A stretch of 64,000 nucleotides of DNA from Balanoglossus misakiensis (GCA_040954595.2 CM082583.2:11756636-11820635), one strand, 5' to 3'; shown: positions 27,830-40,900, numbered from the stretch's first letter. Notes: generated from the letters alone by a model not told the origin. Translations and numbers: made by a program.

Positions 27830-30188
27830 ATGTCGTCGACAGAACCGCTTTCACTTGTAAATATTATACTGATCATCGGATTTGGCGGAGTGGTAATTAT
27901 GATTTACATTTGTTTACAAATACAATCAGCAACAGTAAGACAGCTTCTAACTCTACATTTGATTTTAATCAAATTGCGAGGTGATATCCTTCTCTCTCTT
28001 TTTCACTTAGGGATTTTTGATTCTATTTATATTTGCGAAACGTCAAATCATGAGGTTTGCACTGAAATCCAGACGAGGCCCTCACACATCTGTTGGCCAC
28101 AATGCACCAAAGTACCTGAAAGAAGAAATTGAGCGTCGCATAGATAGAGTGAAAGCAATCAAACATGAGCCAAAACTGCTTGAGGCTAATGATTACAGGT
28201 ATAGATTTCTTCAAGGAGAGAATCCAACTGGAGGTGAGTTTACACAACAATATTCAAAGACTTTGCAATGACCCCCCCCCCCCCCCCCCCCCCATAAGCC
28301 ACTCCCACCCCACCTGGCTGAAGAGACTGACCAGTCCCTAATGTATGGTATATTTGTGTGTGAGAGACTATGTAAGATAATTATAAATAGTGTTTCACTT
28401 TTAGTGTGGAAAGGTGTCAATGAATCATATTCATAATTGAGTGAAATAGTTCACAATTTGATGTCTGGAATTCAATTCACAGAACACATAACATACATCT
28501 ACAGAATGAAAGCAGTTGATGCAATCACCCTATTAGGTGAGTTGAATATTATTTAACTTGAAAACTGCATGATTAGGTCTTCAGTCCCAGGTTTGGATGT
28601 ACAAAAATGTGACAACATATGCTTTGAACTTTGTTGATGCAATGTATTGCCACCTCATGGATCCTACAAAGAAGTTGTTTTAACCCATATATTTAACCAA
28701 ATATTTCAGATGAACAACTGAGAGAACTGGATCCACATCTCTGCAGGTCACCAGGATACAGCGTCCGTGAACATCTTCTGGATCTCAGAGAAGGTCCCCT
28801 CGCACCGTTAAAAGCTGCCAAGTTATCACTTCTCAGAGCTTTTGCTGACAGCTATGAACATGCCAGACATGGATTCAAGGTAAATTATCAGCAGCTAAAA
28901 ATAACAGACCATTTCTGTACAAGATAGTTGATGATGGAAAATTAAATCTTGTGAGGTATCACAATGAGTAGAAAATTATCTATCACACTTAATCAGATTT
29001 TCCATTCATTAATGCAGTATGGACATCTTCCTTATGCTGCAAGCCAAGCTCCTAGTTGTAATTCACCGCTTTGATGCTTAACAGCACCATTATGAAACTC
29101 AATGAAAGGCAAAATATCATGGCTATGCAGCAGTAATTACAAAGATCATGTCTATTTTCTAAGCATGTAAGTAGTGCATTTCTACATAGTTATATCATTA
29201 AATGTTCTTGTAGTATAATTCTACATCTCTGCTTGTCTTTCAAATTGCCTTCTTCTATTTAAGGATCCCAGACGTGTGTCCAAGGTGAGAATTTCTTCAT
29301 CACACTTTTTATGATTTTCATGTTCCATGGACATGTTAATTGTTTCACAGTGAGGAATTATAGCACTACTGGCTTTTTTCTGTAGCATATCTTATCAATC
29401 TAGTACTTCTGGATTGAGTTCTTTCTATCTGTCTCTCTGTTCGGAGCCATTATGTACTAGGACAGTGTACTGTGAAGCATAGTACATACACTTGTCAATG
29501 CATTTTGTGATGTCATCTAATTGTAAAGTGGGTGGCCAAGAGCCATTTTACTCAAGTCCAAAGCCATTACTTTGGTATGCTCATATGCCATACAATTCAG
29601 TGCGGCTGTCATGCGGCCATTTTGTTTGGGTTTTTAGTGTCAAAGGTCATGTAAGTAAGAGCAGTCTCATGCAACTCACCTATGCCCATCTTTGCATGCA
29701 TGATATATTTCTGTCAAAAGTCAAATAATTTCACCTGTAATGGAGCTAGTCATCTAGGCAGTAAACATCTAATGAAAAACATATAGTCTCATCTGACTGA
29801 CTCATTCATTTCTGTGTGTTCCCTTTCAGCCATTCGGAGAAGCAGAGTATATGCGCTACATGGGATTCCTAAATGAAATTTTAAATTGGTAAGTTGTTGA
29901 TATTTACTGAACAACTTGTTGTTTCTCATTGAAAGCGACTCTCACTGACTTGAACTATTGACATCTTGTAAACTTTTCAGCATAAGGAACAAGATCCAGA
30001 GCCAGGAACAGACTGGGACTGTTGTGTACCGCAAGAAGGGAAGTTCTATTGGTAGTTCAGCTGATGTGGTGGACGGCGGAAAGGAAAAGATCTACGTGAC
30101 ATCTTCAGGGTCAACCATCAAAGACAGTTCAGAGTTCATCAAAATGAATGTGATGTCAATAGGACAGAGTCATGAAAGCTCGGTGTAG
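27830..30188 (+). CDS. C1orf43: C1orf43 / NICE-3 homolog
   Basis: Exons 27830-27892, 28011-28233, 28483-28536, 28710-28879, (optional 29264-29284), 29830-29888, 29981-30188. Translation LFIFAKRQIMRFALKSRRGPHTSVGHNAPKYLKEEI..YIYRMKAVDAI..YEHARHG..FGEAEYMRY matches NICE-3 as recalled. Confidence 0.9.
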
Positions 30189-30861
30189 AAATCTATCTAG
30201 ATTAATTGCACTATGTGGACTTGCATAGTCATAAATGCCTCTGAACAAAACAAGTTCATTTAATGTCTGTAGTTTCCAAACATAATGCAAATCATGACAG
30301 TTCTGATCAAATTGGCTCAAATAGTTGGATATTTACATAAAATGTTATGTCAGACATTACATCTTTTTATTAAAATAAATTACTATATTTGTTATTTCTT
30401 CTTTCTTTATCCATCATTTATTACTGTGGACATAAAAATATCAATGCATAATTCAAATGACATGAACAATGCATGCAGTAGCTGTATGCTGATCTGTAGA
30501 AATGGTAGAACCCGTAACTAGCCACTTTGGCTTATTTTGCCAGTTATTTTATCCTGCGATGAATATATAAAACAGACCCTATGTTTATAGGTCGGAGAAA
30601 ATATTTTCGATACCAATGTGGCAGTTAAGCAGGTCGTGTGCTTATAAATAAACTGCAGTGTTTTAATACAGATCTGACAATATATTCGTATACGTTGTGG
30701 AATTGCAGTGGGGGGACCGTGAGTGGATGATAGATCGAGGCAATTTAGGTAACTTAGAGGGCCTCTGAGGTAGGCCTATCTCCTCCAGCATCCAGTTAGG
30801 GGAACCTTTAAAGTATGTAACATAGTGACGCTGAATGCACAGTGAGTGAGACCAGAAAACT

Positions 30862-32310
30862 ATGGACTTAGTAACTTTTGTGTCATTAACGTGCATAATT
30901 ATAACGGTGCTAAGTTTTACTGCAGGAATGTAAGTATCCTTTTCGTGTGACTGCTGTACTTTGCACTTCTGAAGTTTGGGGGCGGATCATGAACTTTTGA
31001 CCTGTAGACGTTTCCGGTGTTTTCCCTACCAGCTGGGCCCTCGTCAGTAGCAATATGCCGGTAGCCTGAATTCATAATTGGACCATTGCTATACTTTTTA
31101 ACCCTGAAATGGCACTCGTAATCTATTCACAAAATTTGACAGTGTTTCCTATCTTTGCAGTCCACCATGTCTAGATATCTACAGGAAGAAAACTACACAT
31201 AATGTACCTTTCCTTCCATTTGTGGTTGGGTTAATTAAGTAAGTAGCATTTCTTTGTTTTTATATTGTTGTAGTATTATGTATTACCCTTGTCAATTGCC
31301 TTAAAGTAATTTGTTCCCTTCCATTTATAATTTCATCATTCTTTTTATTTCAGTAATTATGCCAATACATATTATGGTTATCTGAGATGGGATATTACCA
31401 TTTTAGTTGTCAGTTTCATTGGTTCTGTCATTCAGTCAGCTTACGTTATGGTTTATCTCCGTTTTGCTGATAGAAAGGTAAAGCTCCCATTCTGACAGAT
31501 TTTAAATGTTTTGCAGATACATGAGCTGGGAACATCTGTTTTGATTCTGCAGTTGTTTTATTATACTTTTATGATCTGCTTGAGAGTATTTTTTGCCTTT
31601 TATAATGTATTTTACATATTTTGTTCTCAGGGCAATACATATTTACAACTCTTCTATGGATTACTGTTCCTAGCGATATTATACTTTTATCTTCACTACA
31701 TTGTTGTGGATGAAGTAACCTTGACTGATAGACTGGGACTTGTTACGTGTGTATTGGTGCTTGTATTTAATATTGCCCCACTGGCAGAATTGGTAAGTCA
31801 TGTTGCAGTCGATTATATAGGGTTATACACTAATAAGGCCTTGTAAACAAGAGGTTTTATCTGTAAAATTCAATTTTCGTTTAGAAAATTTCCTGGTGTG
31901 GTGGAAATAAGCATTGTTTAATATTTTGTCTATGTTTTATATTCTCTTTCACAGGCTGACATTGTAAAGACCAAATCCTCCGAAAAGCTATCCCTGAGTT
32001 TGACTGTAGCGATATTTCTAACATCGTTATCTTGGTTTTCTTATGGATTATTGGTTGATGATCTCTATATACAGGTAAGGTCATCACAAATGCTGTACAT
32101 GACCAATCAAACAGGTTGGAGGTGGTGGTCTGATTAATTTGCATATTGACCTTTTGAACTCTCTTCACACCCATGATAATACAGAGAGATTTCATGATGT
32201 GTTTATTTTTTTCCTCTCTGCAGTTACCCAGTTTGCAAGGAATCATGTCCTGTCTTCTGCAGTTTTTCCTCCTGTGGAAATATCCCGTTTCTGAGAAGAA
32301 AACAGTTTAG
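30862..32310 (+). CDS. SLC50A1: Sugar transporter SWEET1-like (MtN3/saliva, 212 aa)
   Basis: Mostly missed by the ORF track. Exons 30862-30929, 31161-31238, 31354-31477, 31631-31792, 31955-32074, 32224-32310 (639 nt, in frame). Motifs IYRKKTTHNVPFLPF, YYGYL, APLAELADIVKTKSSEKLS, SWFSYGLLVDDLYIQ, FLLWKYP. Seven hydrophobic segments. Confidence 0.9.
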
Positions 32311-32723
32311 TGGATACTTGTTCCAAGACAACCTTTCCTATTAGATACGTCCTCTTGTAAATTTACAGGGAAACCATGCATTCAATGAAATGGGTTCATT
32401 GTTTTCTTGAGACGCACACGCTGAATTTTTTCACATTGATTTATAACAATACATACTGTCATTGCATTGGCAAGTATAATTATTATCAATATTAGTGATT
32501 GAGGCTTTTAATGAAAAACGCACAATTTTAAGGGGCAATACTGTACACTAGCAGTGCAGATGTAATCTGAGGTGCTTCAAATTTTGAATCTGCATGTTGA
32601 ATTGACTTGCAAAATTAATAGCAAATGGTTTACCCAATAACAAGGCATCACGTTACTCAATTTACAGAAAAAAATTGATGCAGCTGATAATCTTTTAGTA
32701 ACAAACAATAAGTGTAATATTTA

Positions 32724-33046
32724 AGCAATAAAGCACCCCCAGCCATGGTATACCACGAGATTTTGACCAGTTCACGACATATACGCACGAGCGATAGCGA
32801 GTGCGTATATGGAGTTGAACTGGTCAAAATCGAGTGGTATACCATGGCTGGGGGTGTTTTATTGCTATTATATTATGCCAGTATATTGAAACTTTGCATA
32901 AAACATTTTAAAAAGGCATTTTCTTTGACTACGAGTTTTGCGTGCATTATGACTGTGGTATATGGCTAATATATCACGGTCACGTGTCGTGTCTCGACCA
33001 ATCAAATAGCGTGATTTACACCATCAATATACTGGTATAATATAAT
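32724..33046. mobile_element. Double-hairpin non-autonomous element (Crypton-like by structure)
   Basis: Near-perfect 143-bp palindrome 32724-32866 centred on gagcgatagcga, directly followed by a second inverted pair 32867-32889 / 33024-33046 (attatattatgccagtatattga / tcaatatactggtataatataat) enclosing a ccaatca motif. No TSD seen. Confidence 0.6.
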
Positions 33047-33725
33047 TTATAATAACTGGTGGCAATTTTTTGTGATTGATGTGTTTACATTGTGTTATCG
33101 CTCCTTATGCGTAACTATAATAGAGTACAAATGAAAACATTTTAAAAAGAATTGTTGCAGTATTTCACAAAGGTACATTTTTACAATAAATGTATGCTAT
33201 TTTAGCATATATTATAAGAAACAACTGTGACTGAATTATTCTTATAATCCTAGAGTACCCTATCTTGCCCTAGCAAGCAGTATTAATTCAGTTAGGGAGT
33301 CCTTCCCACAAGAAATGGCTGTGCTCAGTTTCGTAAATTTTTTGGCCATTTTTTCATGAAAAAGTGTTATTTTGATATGCTATCGGGTAATGTCATTTGA
33401 TAGACACAATCAAAAGCATATCCAAGTTTGAAATTTTATCGAGTTGCAGCTTAGGGTCATCTCCTAAAAGTATCCGATCACCAAAACGACGCACAACGTA
33501 GCACTTGTGTGGTTTCAGCCGACCAATTCATTCTACCAATTTGCTATTGAAAGACCGGTACAACATGAATAATTTGAATAACCCTTGCCCATCCACGTAA
33601 TAACTAAGCTTAGTTATTGTGTAACTGTATGCCAGCTTTAATATGCAAACAGAACCTGCATCGATGACCCACTGATACTAACAAGGGGCTGTAATATGTA
33701 AATAACGAGCGGTCAGAGTGCCAAA

Positions 33726-36522
33726 ATGGCTGAAAAGGCAGGCGACCAGGCGATCCCCACGAAAGCTGCTATGGACGAACAGCCCTTCCAACCGGAGGAT
33801 GAACACGTTTATGACGGCGTCGTTCTTCCTGCAACCGTACCGGTGACAACGATGGAAGCCTTAAAAAGTTTCGAAGTTCGTGATGACGATGTCTTCATCA
33901 TTACCTATCCCAAGTCAGGTAACTGATCATTCTATGATATTTTGGTCGTTGGTCACCTGTGTGCGACAAGGTCCACTGAACAATATATTTGGGTCAAGAA
34001 CGCAAAGCGCTAGGACAAAAAAACAACCTTTATGGCAAGTTCATTGTCAGTCTGTACTCCACCATACTAAAAGGTAAAATTATAGATGCTTATGGAAAGA
34101 TAGAGCGACCAGCTGCCAACTCGTGCGGACGCGTCCACACCCAGGGCAGCTGGTACCCGCCGCGAGTTGGAAATCTTGGTGTAGCCTAAAACCTGCTAGT
34201 TAAGTACGTGGAGCTTTTACGACGTGACACGTAAATAACACCGCCTATATAATGTCATGGACATAAATGCCTGTGGTCACACACAGACGAAGAGAAATAC
34301 TATCTTTTCTATGAGCATGTTGGCTCTATTATACTGTCCTTGTATAGCGAAATGTATACGTCCTTTATTTTCACCACATTCATGAACTTGGTTGGGGGCA
34401 CCAACAACCAAGCAGCCACAAGCTTTTTTCGTAGTAAATTATCGTTATGGAAGTAAATTAGACTAAGATATTAGGAGCACACAGGTAATGACTAGTGCAT
34501 AGCCTGTTGTTCATGACACATTGTTACTGATTGAGCTCGGGACTTGCGCACCTCTTATAAGTGCGCGGTCACCTTCTTAAATTGGCCAAAATCGCCTGTC
34601 AGCACATCTTGCTAACAGTAACTCTAGGCCTTTTGGAACCGTTTTGGGGTTTTATGCGCCTTTTATGCGCTCACCTGAGACTAAAACGGGTAGAATGGCA
34701 CTAGTGGCGCTATAAATATCTCCAAATACCTTGCCAGAGTTTATGGATGTTTTCATTCGCAAGGTTTGGCCAATAATAATAAAACAATTGCATGTCATAG
34801 GTTATGAAGGTTTGCCGGGGCCATAAACTGATCCATCAACGATACGAAATTTATATTGCTACAACAACAATCCTTTCAATATCTCTAGGTTAGGGTCACC
34901 CAACATCTGTCGAAGATTATTATCATAAAAAAATAATCCAAAAGCGCATAAACATTACTCAGAATATATTAATAATTTGAATTCTGCTCTGGATGATGGT
35001 CATGGTAACGACGCAATGACCGGAAAGTATGTTGCTTGGTAGTACAGTCGGATAAACCTGAATGAATTGGTGTATAGATTTTGTTAAACCTGACCTCCAT
35101 ATTGCAATAAAATCCCCAACTTTTCACAACTGATGAACAAGGAGAGATGTTTGATTTTCTCATCCAGGAACAACTTGGCTGCAGGAAATGATGTCACTCA
35201 TCTACAACGACTGTGACGTCAGTAAGATCAAAGACACGCCGCTGTTCATGCGAATGCCGTTCTTGGAGCATCACGTGCCTTCACCCGCAGACGGTCAAAT
35301 GGTCCCCGTCTACCCCATGGTCAATCAGATGCCATCGCCTCGCCTAATAAAGACACACCTGCCGTTCAAACTTCTGCCCCCACAGATATCTGAGAAGAAA
35401 CCAAAAGTTAGCATCAAGCTCTCATTACTTTTATGCATCTCTACAACTGCAATTGGGGGATTGTTTTGGGGGAAACGTCGTATTATAGCCGGGTCAACTC
35501 ACCAAGCAATATTTGTGTAGGGGCGAATTCACTTCTGACAGCTGTATAATATTTCTGTTGTTCCCCCCAGATAATCTACATTGGTCGTAACGTCAAGGAC
35601 ACTGCAGTATCCTACTATCATTTCCACCACTGGAATAACATGTTGAAAACTGTTGATAAATGGGATGATTTCTTCCAGAGATTTGTGGCGGGCGACGGTG
35701 AGTAATTTCACTCGGACATTGAAATACGCTGACGTCATAAATTAATAGACCATAAATAAATGCCAATTAATCACTGCTTGTGTTTTGCAGTTTGTTGGGG
35801 ATCTTGGTTTGAACACGTTCTGGGATATTGGAACAATAGAAAGGACGACAATATTCTCTTCCTTAAATTTGAAGAAATGAAAGAGGTACAGTAAGAATGA
35901 AAGATACGCAGAGGGCTATTGCAAGAAGACAACTTGAACATATACTGTTTTCTGTATTCACCATGGAACTATGATTAACCGATTACAAATCATTTTGTTT
36001 ACATCCGCAGGATTTGGCAGGTCAGGTGGATAAGATCTCTCAATTCGTGAATAAACCATTGACTAACAAACAGAAAAAGACGGTGGTTGAATGGTGCTCA
36101 TTCGAAAGCATGAAGAAGAATCCAAACTCCAACTTGTCTAGCATACCCAAGCAATTTTACAACGCTGAAGCTCCGCCCTTCATGAGAAAAGGTTTGCAAC
36201 ATACTATACATATTACGATGACATGCACATTTCTATTTAGAAAACTTAGTTCACATTTAAGGTTCACTATCGGTTTCTTACATCACAGTCTCTTGAGGAC
36301 GAATGTCATTTCCGTATTAGCATGTTGTCTGAAAATGTCTTATTTACATATCGAAATATACTTCTTCGGAACTAGTTTATTTTTGAACAACATTTATACG
36401 TTTTGTTTGTTATAGGTTCTCGTGGAAGCTGGAGGGAAGTGTTAACAGTCGCCCAATCCGAGATTCTCGATGAAATGATCAAAGAAAAACTGAAAGATGT
36501 GGATCTTGTTTTGAAAGAATAG
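33726..36522 (+). CDS. Cytosolic sulfotransferase (SULT1-like, ~313 aa)
   Basis: Exons 33726-33918, 35168-35406, 35571-35697, 35791-35885, 36011-36191, 36416-36522. Motifs: 5'-PSB TYPKSGTTW, PRLIKTHLP, 3'-PB RNVKDTAVSYYHF, WGSWFEHV, FMRKGSRGSW. Internal exon sizes 127/95/181 match the vertebrate SULT pattern. Confidence 0.93.
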
Positions 36523-37131
36523 CCAGTGATACACAATACGAAAAGAGTTACTCGCATGCCTATTGTCACTTTGGTTATACATACTGATGCAGGTGTGTTA
36601 GCTGGAGAGGGGTGGTGGGAGTTTACACTTGTGACAGTTAAATTTAGAATAAGAGTATAAATGACCGTAGAATTGTAGAATTTCATTCCTGAAAACAATC
36701 AGCTACCTGTATAATATTTGATATGTTGCTATCATCTGCTCAGTTATTTTTGGTTTAGCTCATTTAGAAACTTTTAAAAATTGTCAGAATATGAGGATAA
36801 AATATTTCTGTTTAATACCAAATTACTACTTTGGAAGAGTTGATAGAAAAGATTATTTCGTCTCCATCTTACAGGATTCAAATCTTTGGAGTGGGGTTAT
36901 GTTGAAGATTTTCAGTGATTGATATGATGTCGTTATTGTTGTAGTTAATATGTAACGGCTTTTTTACTACATGCACAATAAAACAGCATTTTATGATAAT
37001 ATTATGGCTTATTATTATTCCTTCATGCCTTTATCGGTGAAGTCATTACACCTTTCATACATAAGAATACGACGCTCCGATGCACAGCGTCAATTTTGAG
37101 ACTCTCCCGAGCAGGCCGAAAAGGTAAGAGT

Positions 37132-37993
37132 GACTTTGCGAATTTCGGAAATTTTGTCATCTTTGGACATTTTTCATGGGTTATAGCTCATGAAAATCAT
37201 CAAAAAATGACAATTTTTCGACTTTGCGAAATCTCAAAATTTCGTCGATTTTTGAAAAAAATCATGGGTTATAGCTCATGAAAATCATCAAAAAATGACA
37301 ATTTTTCGACTTTGTAAAATCTCAAAATTTCGTCGATTTTTGAAAAAAATCATGGCTTATAGCTCATGAAAATCATCCAAAAATGACAATTTTTCGACTT
37401 TGCGAAATCTTAAAATTTCGTCGATTTTTGAAAAAGATCATGGGTTATAGCTCACGAAAATCATCAAAAAATGACAATTTTTCGACTTTGCGAAATCTTA
37501 AAATTTCGTCGATTTTTGAAAAAAATCATGGGTTATAGCTCACGAAAATCATCAAAAAATGACAATTTTTCGACTTTGCGAAATCTCAAAATTTCGTCGA
37601 TTTTTGAAAAAAATCATGGGTTATAGCTCACGAAAATCATCAAAAAATGACAATTTTTCGACTTTGTAAAATCTCAAAATTTCGTCGATTTTTGAAAAAA
37701 ATCATGGCTTATAGCTCATGAAAATCATCCATAAATGACAATTTTTCGACTTTGCAAAATCTTAAAATTTCGTCGATTTTTGAAAAAATCATGGGTTATA
37801 GCTCACGAAAATCATCAAAAAATGACAATTTTTCGACTTTGCGAAATCTCAAAATTTCGTCGATTTTTGAAAAAAATCATGGGTTATAGCTCACGAAAAT
37901 CATCAAAAAATGACAATTTTTCGACTTTGCGATATCTCAAAATTTCGTCGATTTTTGAAAAAAATCATGGGTTATAGCTCACGAAAATCATCA
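37132..37993. repeat. 88-89 bp satellite, left layer (variant A, with one diverged edge monomer), ~10 copies
   Basis: Repeated tcatgggttatagctcaYgaaaatcatcaaaaaatgacaatttttcgactttgcgaaatctcaaaatttcgtcgatttttgaaaaaaa. Confidence 0.95.
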
Positions 37994-40900
37994 CCGCTGC
38001 GGTGCAAATAAGATCATTGGAGTTATGCTGCAATATAGTGGGGAAATTTCCGAATTTACGAGTACACGTCGAGATCGTCAAGGGTTCAGGAAGGCTAGCC
38101 TTTTACCTGAAGGTGTCAACTGATGTTGGTTCGAGACCACTTTTTTTTCTATCTCTTTTTTTTTGAGAACTTTTAACGATATTATCATTGTAATTTTTAG
38201 CATTTTCATAAATCCGATTTATTTCAATATCTACGCTGCGTTTTTTATCTGTCGGGTATAAGAAACATGCAGAAAAACTTGGTCATTTTTTTTGTTGCGG
38301 TTCACTTGGGCAAGTCTGAATACGGAGTGTTCAGCAGAGAGAAAGATAAACTCGCTAAAACCGTGTCTTTCCGTCCGCATGACCAACCAAGGAGCGAAAA
38401 AATCTTTATTTAGGCCGTAATAAAACGTTTTCGTCGCCGAGGAGTGAATAAAGAACGGTCAGATCGTTTCGCGGCAGGGAACTCTTATTCGCACCGCTGC
38501 GGTGTGAACTCTTATTTGCACCGCTGCGGTGCAAATAAGAATTTGCACCGCTGCGGTGCAAATAAGATCATTGGAGTTATGCTGCAATATAGTGCGGAAA
38601 ATTTCCGACTTTTCGAGTACACGTCGTGATGGCCAAGGGTTCAGGAAGGCTAGCCTTTTACCTGAAGGTGTTAACTGATGTTGGTTCGAGACCACTTTTT
38701 TTCTATTTCTTTTTTTTGTGAGAACTTTTAACGACATTTTCGTTGTAATTTTTATCATTTTCATAAATCCGATTTATTTCAATATCTACGCTGCGTTTTT
38801 TATCTGTCGGGTATAAGAAACATGCAGAAAAAGTTGGTCATTTTTTTTGTTGCGGTTCACTTGGGCAAGTCTGAATACGGAGTGCTCAGCAGAGAGAAAA
38901 ATAAACTCGCTAAAACCGTGTCTTTCCGTCCGCATGACCAACCAAGGAGCGAAAAAATCTTTATTTAGGCCGTAATAAAACGTTTTCGTCGCCGAGGAGT
39001 GAATAAAGAACGGTCAGATCGTTTCGCGGCAGGGAACTCTTATTCGCACCGCTGCGGTGCAGGGAACTCTTATTTGCACCGCTGCGGTGCAAATAAGAAT
39101 TTGCACCGCTGCGGTGCAAATGAGATCATTGGAGTTATGCTGCAATATAGTGCGGAAAATTTCCGACTTTTCGAGTACACGTCGTGATGGCCAAGGGTTC
39201 AGGAAGGCTAGCCTTTTACCTGAAGGTGTTAACTGATGTTGGTTCGAGACCACTTTTTTTCTATTTCTTTTTTTTGTGAGAACTTTTAACGACATTTTCG
39301 TTGTAATTTTTATCATTTTCATAAATCCGATTTATTTCAATATCTACGCTGCGTTTTTTATCTGTCGGGTATAAGAAACATGCAGAAAAACTTGGTCATT
39401 TTTTTTGTTGCGGTTCACTTGGGCAAGTCTGAATACGGAGTGCTCAGCAGAGAGAAAAATAAACTCGCTAAAACCGTGTCTTTCCGTCCGCATGACCAAC
39501 CAAGGAGCGAAAAAATCTTTATTTAGGCCGTAATAAAACGTTTTCGTCGCCGAGGAGTGAATAAAGAACGGTCAGATCGTTTCGCGGCAGGGAACTCTTA
39601 TTCGCACCGCTGCGGTGTGAACTCTTATTTGCACCGCTGCGGTGCAAATAAGAATTTGCACCGCTGCGGTGCAAATAAGATCATTGGAGTTATGCTGCAA
39701 TATAGTGCGGAAAATTTCCGACTTTTCGAGTACACGTCGTGATGGCCAAGGGTTCAGGAAGGCTAGCCTTTTACCTGAAGGTGTTAACTGATGTTGGTTC
39801 GAGACCACTTTTTTTTCTATTTCTTTTTTTTTGTGAGAACTTTTAACGACATTTTCGTTGTAATTTTTATCATTTTCATAAATCCGATTTATTTCAATAT
39901 CTACGCTGCGTTTTTTATCTGTCGGGTATAAGAAACATGCAGAAAAACTTGGTCATTTTTTTTGTTGCGGTTCACTTGGGCAAGTCTGAATACGGAGTGC
40001 TCAGCAGAGAGAAAAATAAACTCGCTAAAACCGTGTCTTTCCGTCCGCATGACCAACCAAGGAGCGAAAAAATCTTTATTTAGGCCGTAATAAAACGTTT
40101 TCGTCGCCGAGGAGTGAATAAAGAACGGTCAGATCGTTTCGCGGCAGGGAACTCTTATTCGCACCGCTGCGGTGCAGGGAACTCTTATTTGCACCGCTGC
40201 GGTGCAAATAAGATCATTGGAGTTATGCTGCAATATAGTGCGGAAAATTTCCGACTTTTCGAGTACACGTCGTGATGGCCAAGGGTTCAGGAAGGCTACC
40301 CTTTTACCTGAAGGTATCAACTGATGTTGGTTCGAGACCGCTTTTTTTTCTATTTCTTTTTTTTGTGAGAACTTTTAACGACATTTCGTTGTAATTTTTA
40401 TTATTTTCATAAATCCGATTTATTTCAATATCTACGCTGCGTTTTTTATCTGTCGGGTATAAGAAACATGCAGAAAAACTTTGTCATTTTTTTTGTTGCG
40501 GTTCACTTGGGCAAGTCTGAATACGGAGTGTTCAGCAGAGAGAAAGATAAACTCGCTAAAACCGTGTCTTTCCGTCCGCATGACCAACCAAGGAGCGAAA
40601 AAATCTTTATTTAGGCCGTAATAAAACGTTTTCGTCGCCGAGGAGTGAATAAAGAACGGTCAGATCGTTTCGCGGCAGGGAACTCTTATTCGCACCGCTG
40701 CGGTGCAGGGAACTCTTATTTGCACCGCTGCGGTGCAAATAAGATCATTGGAGTTATGCTGCAATATAGTGCGGAAAATTTCCGACTTTTCGAGTACACG
40801 TCGTGATGGCCAAGGGTTCAGGAAGGCTAGCCTTTTACCTGAAGGTGTCAACTGATGTTGGTTCGAGACCACTTTTTTTTATATTTCTTTTTTTTTGTGA

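Noticed and set aside
28272-28293. Poly-C tracts (also ~56478 and ~63737)
   Set aside because: Simple intronic or intergenic homopolymers with no further evidence of function.
33292-33467. Possible MITE upstream of the sulfotransferase (ttagggag...ctcctaa)
   Set aside because: The terminal complementarity is too short and imperfect to support a call.
38623-38702. Functional tRNA gene
   Set aside because: No 3' acceptor strand complementary to GTCGTGA, and no canonical anticodon arm; only the A/B boxes and their spacing are tRNA-like.
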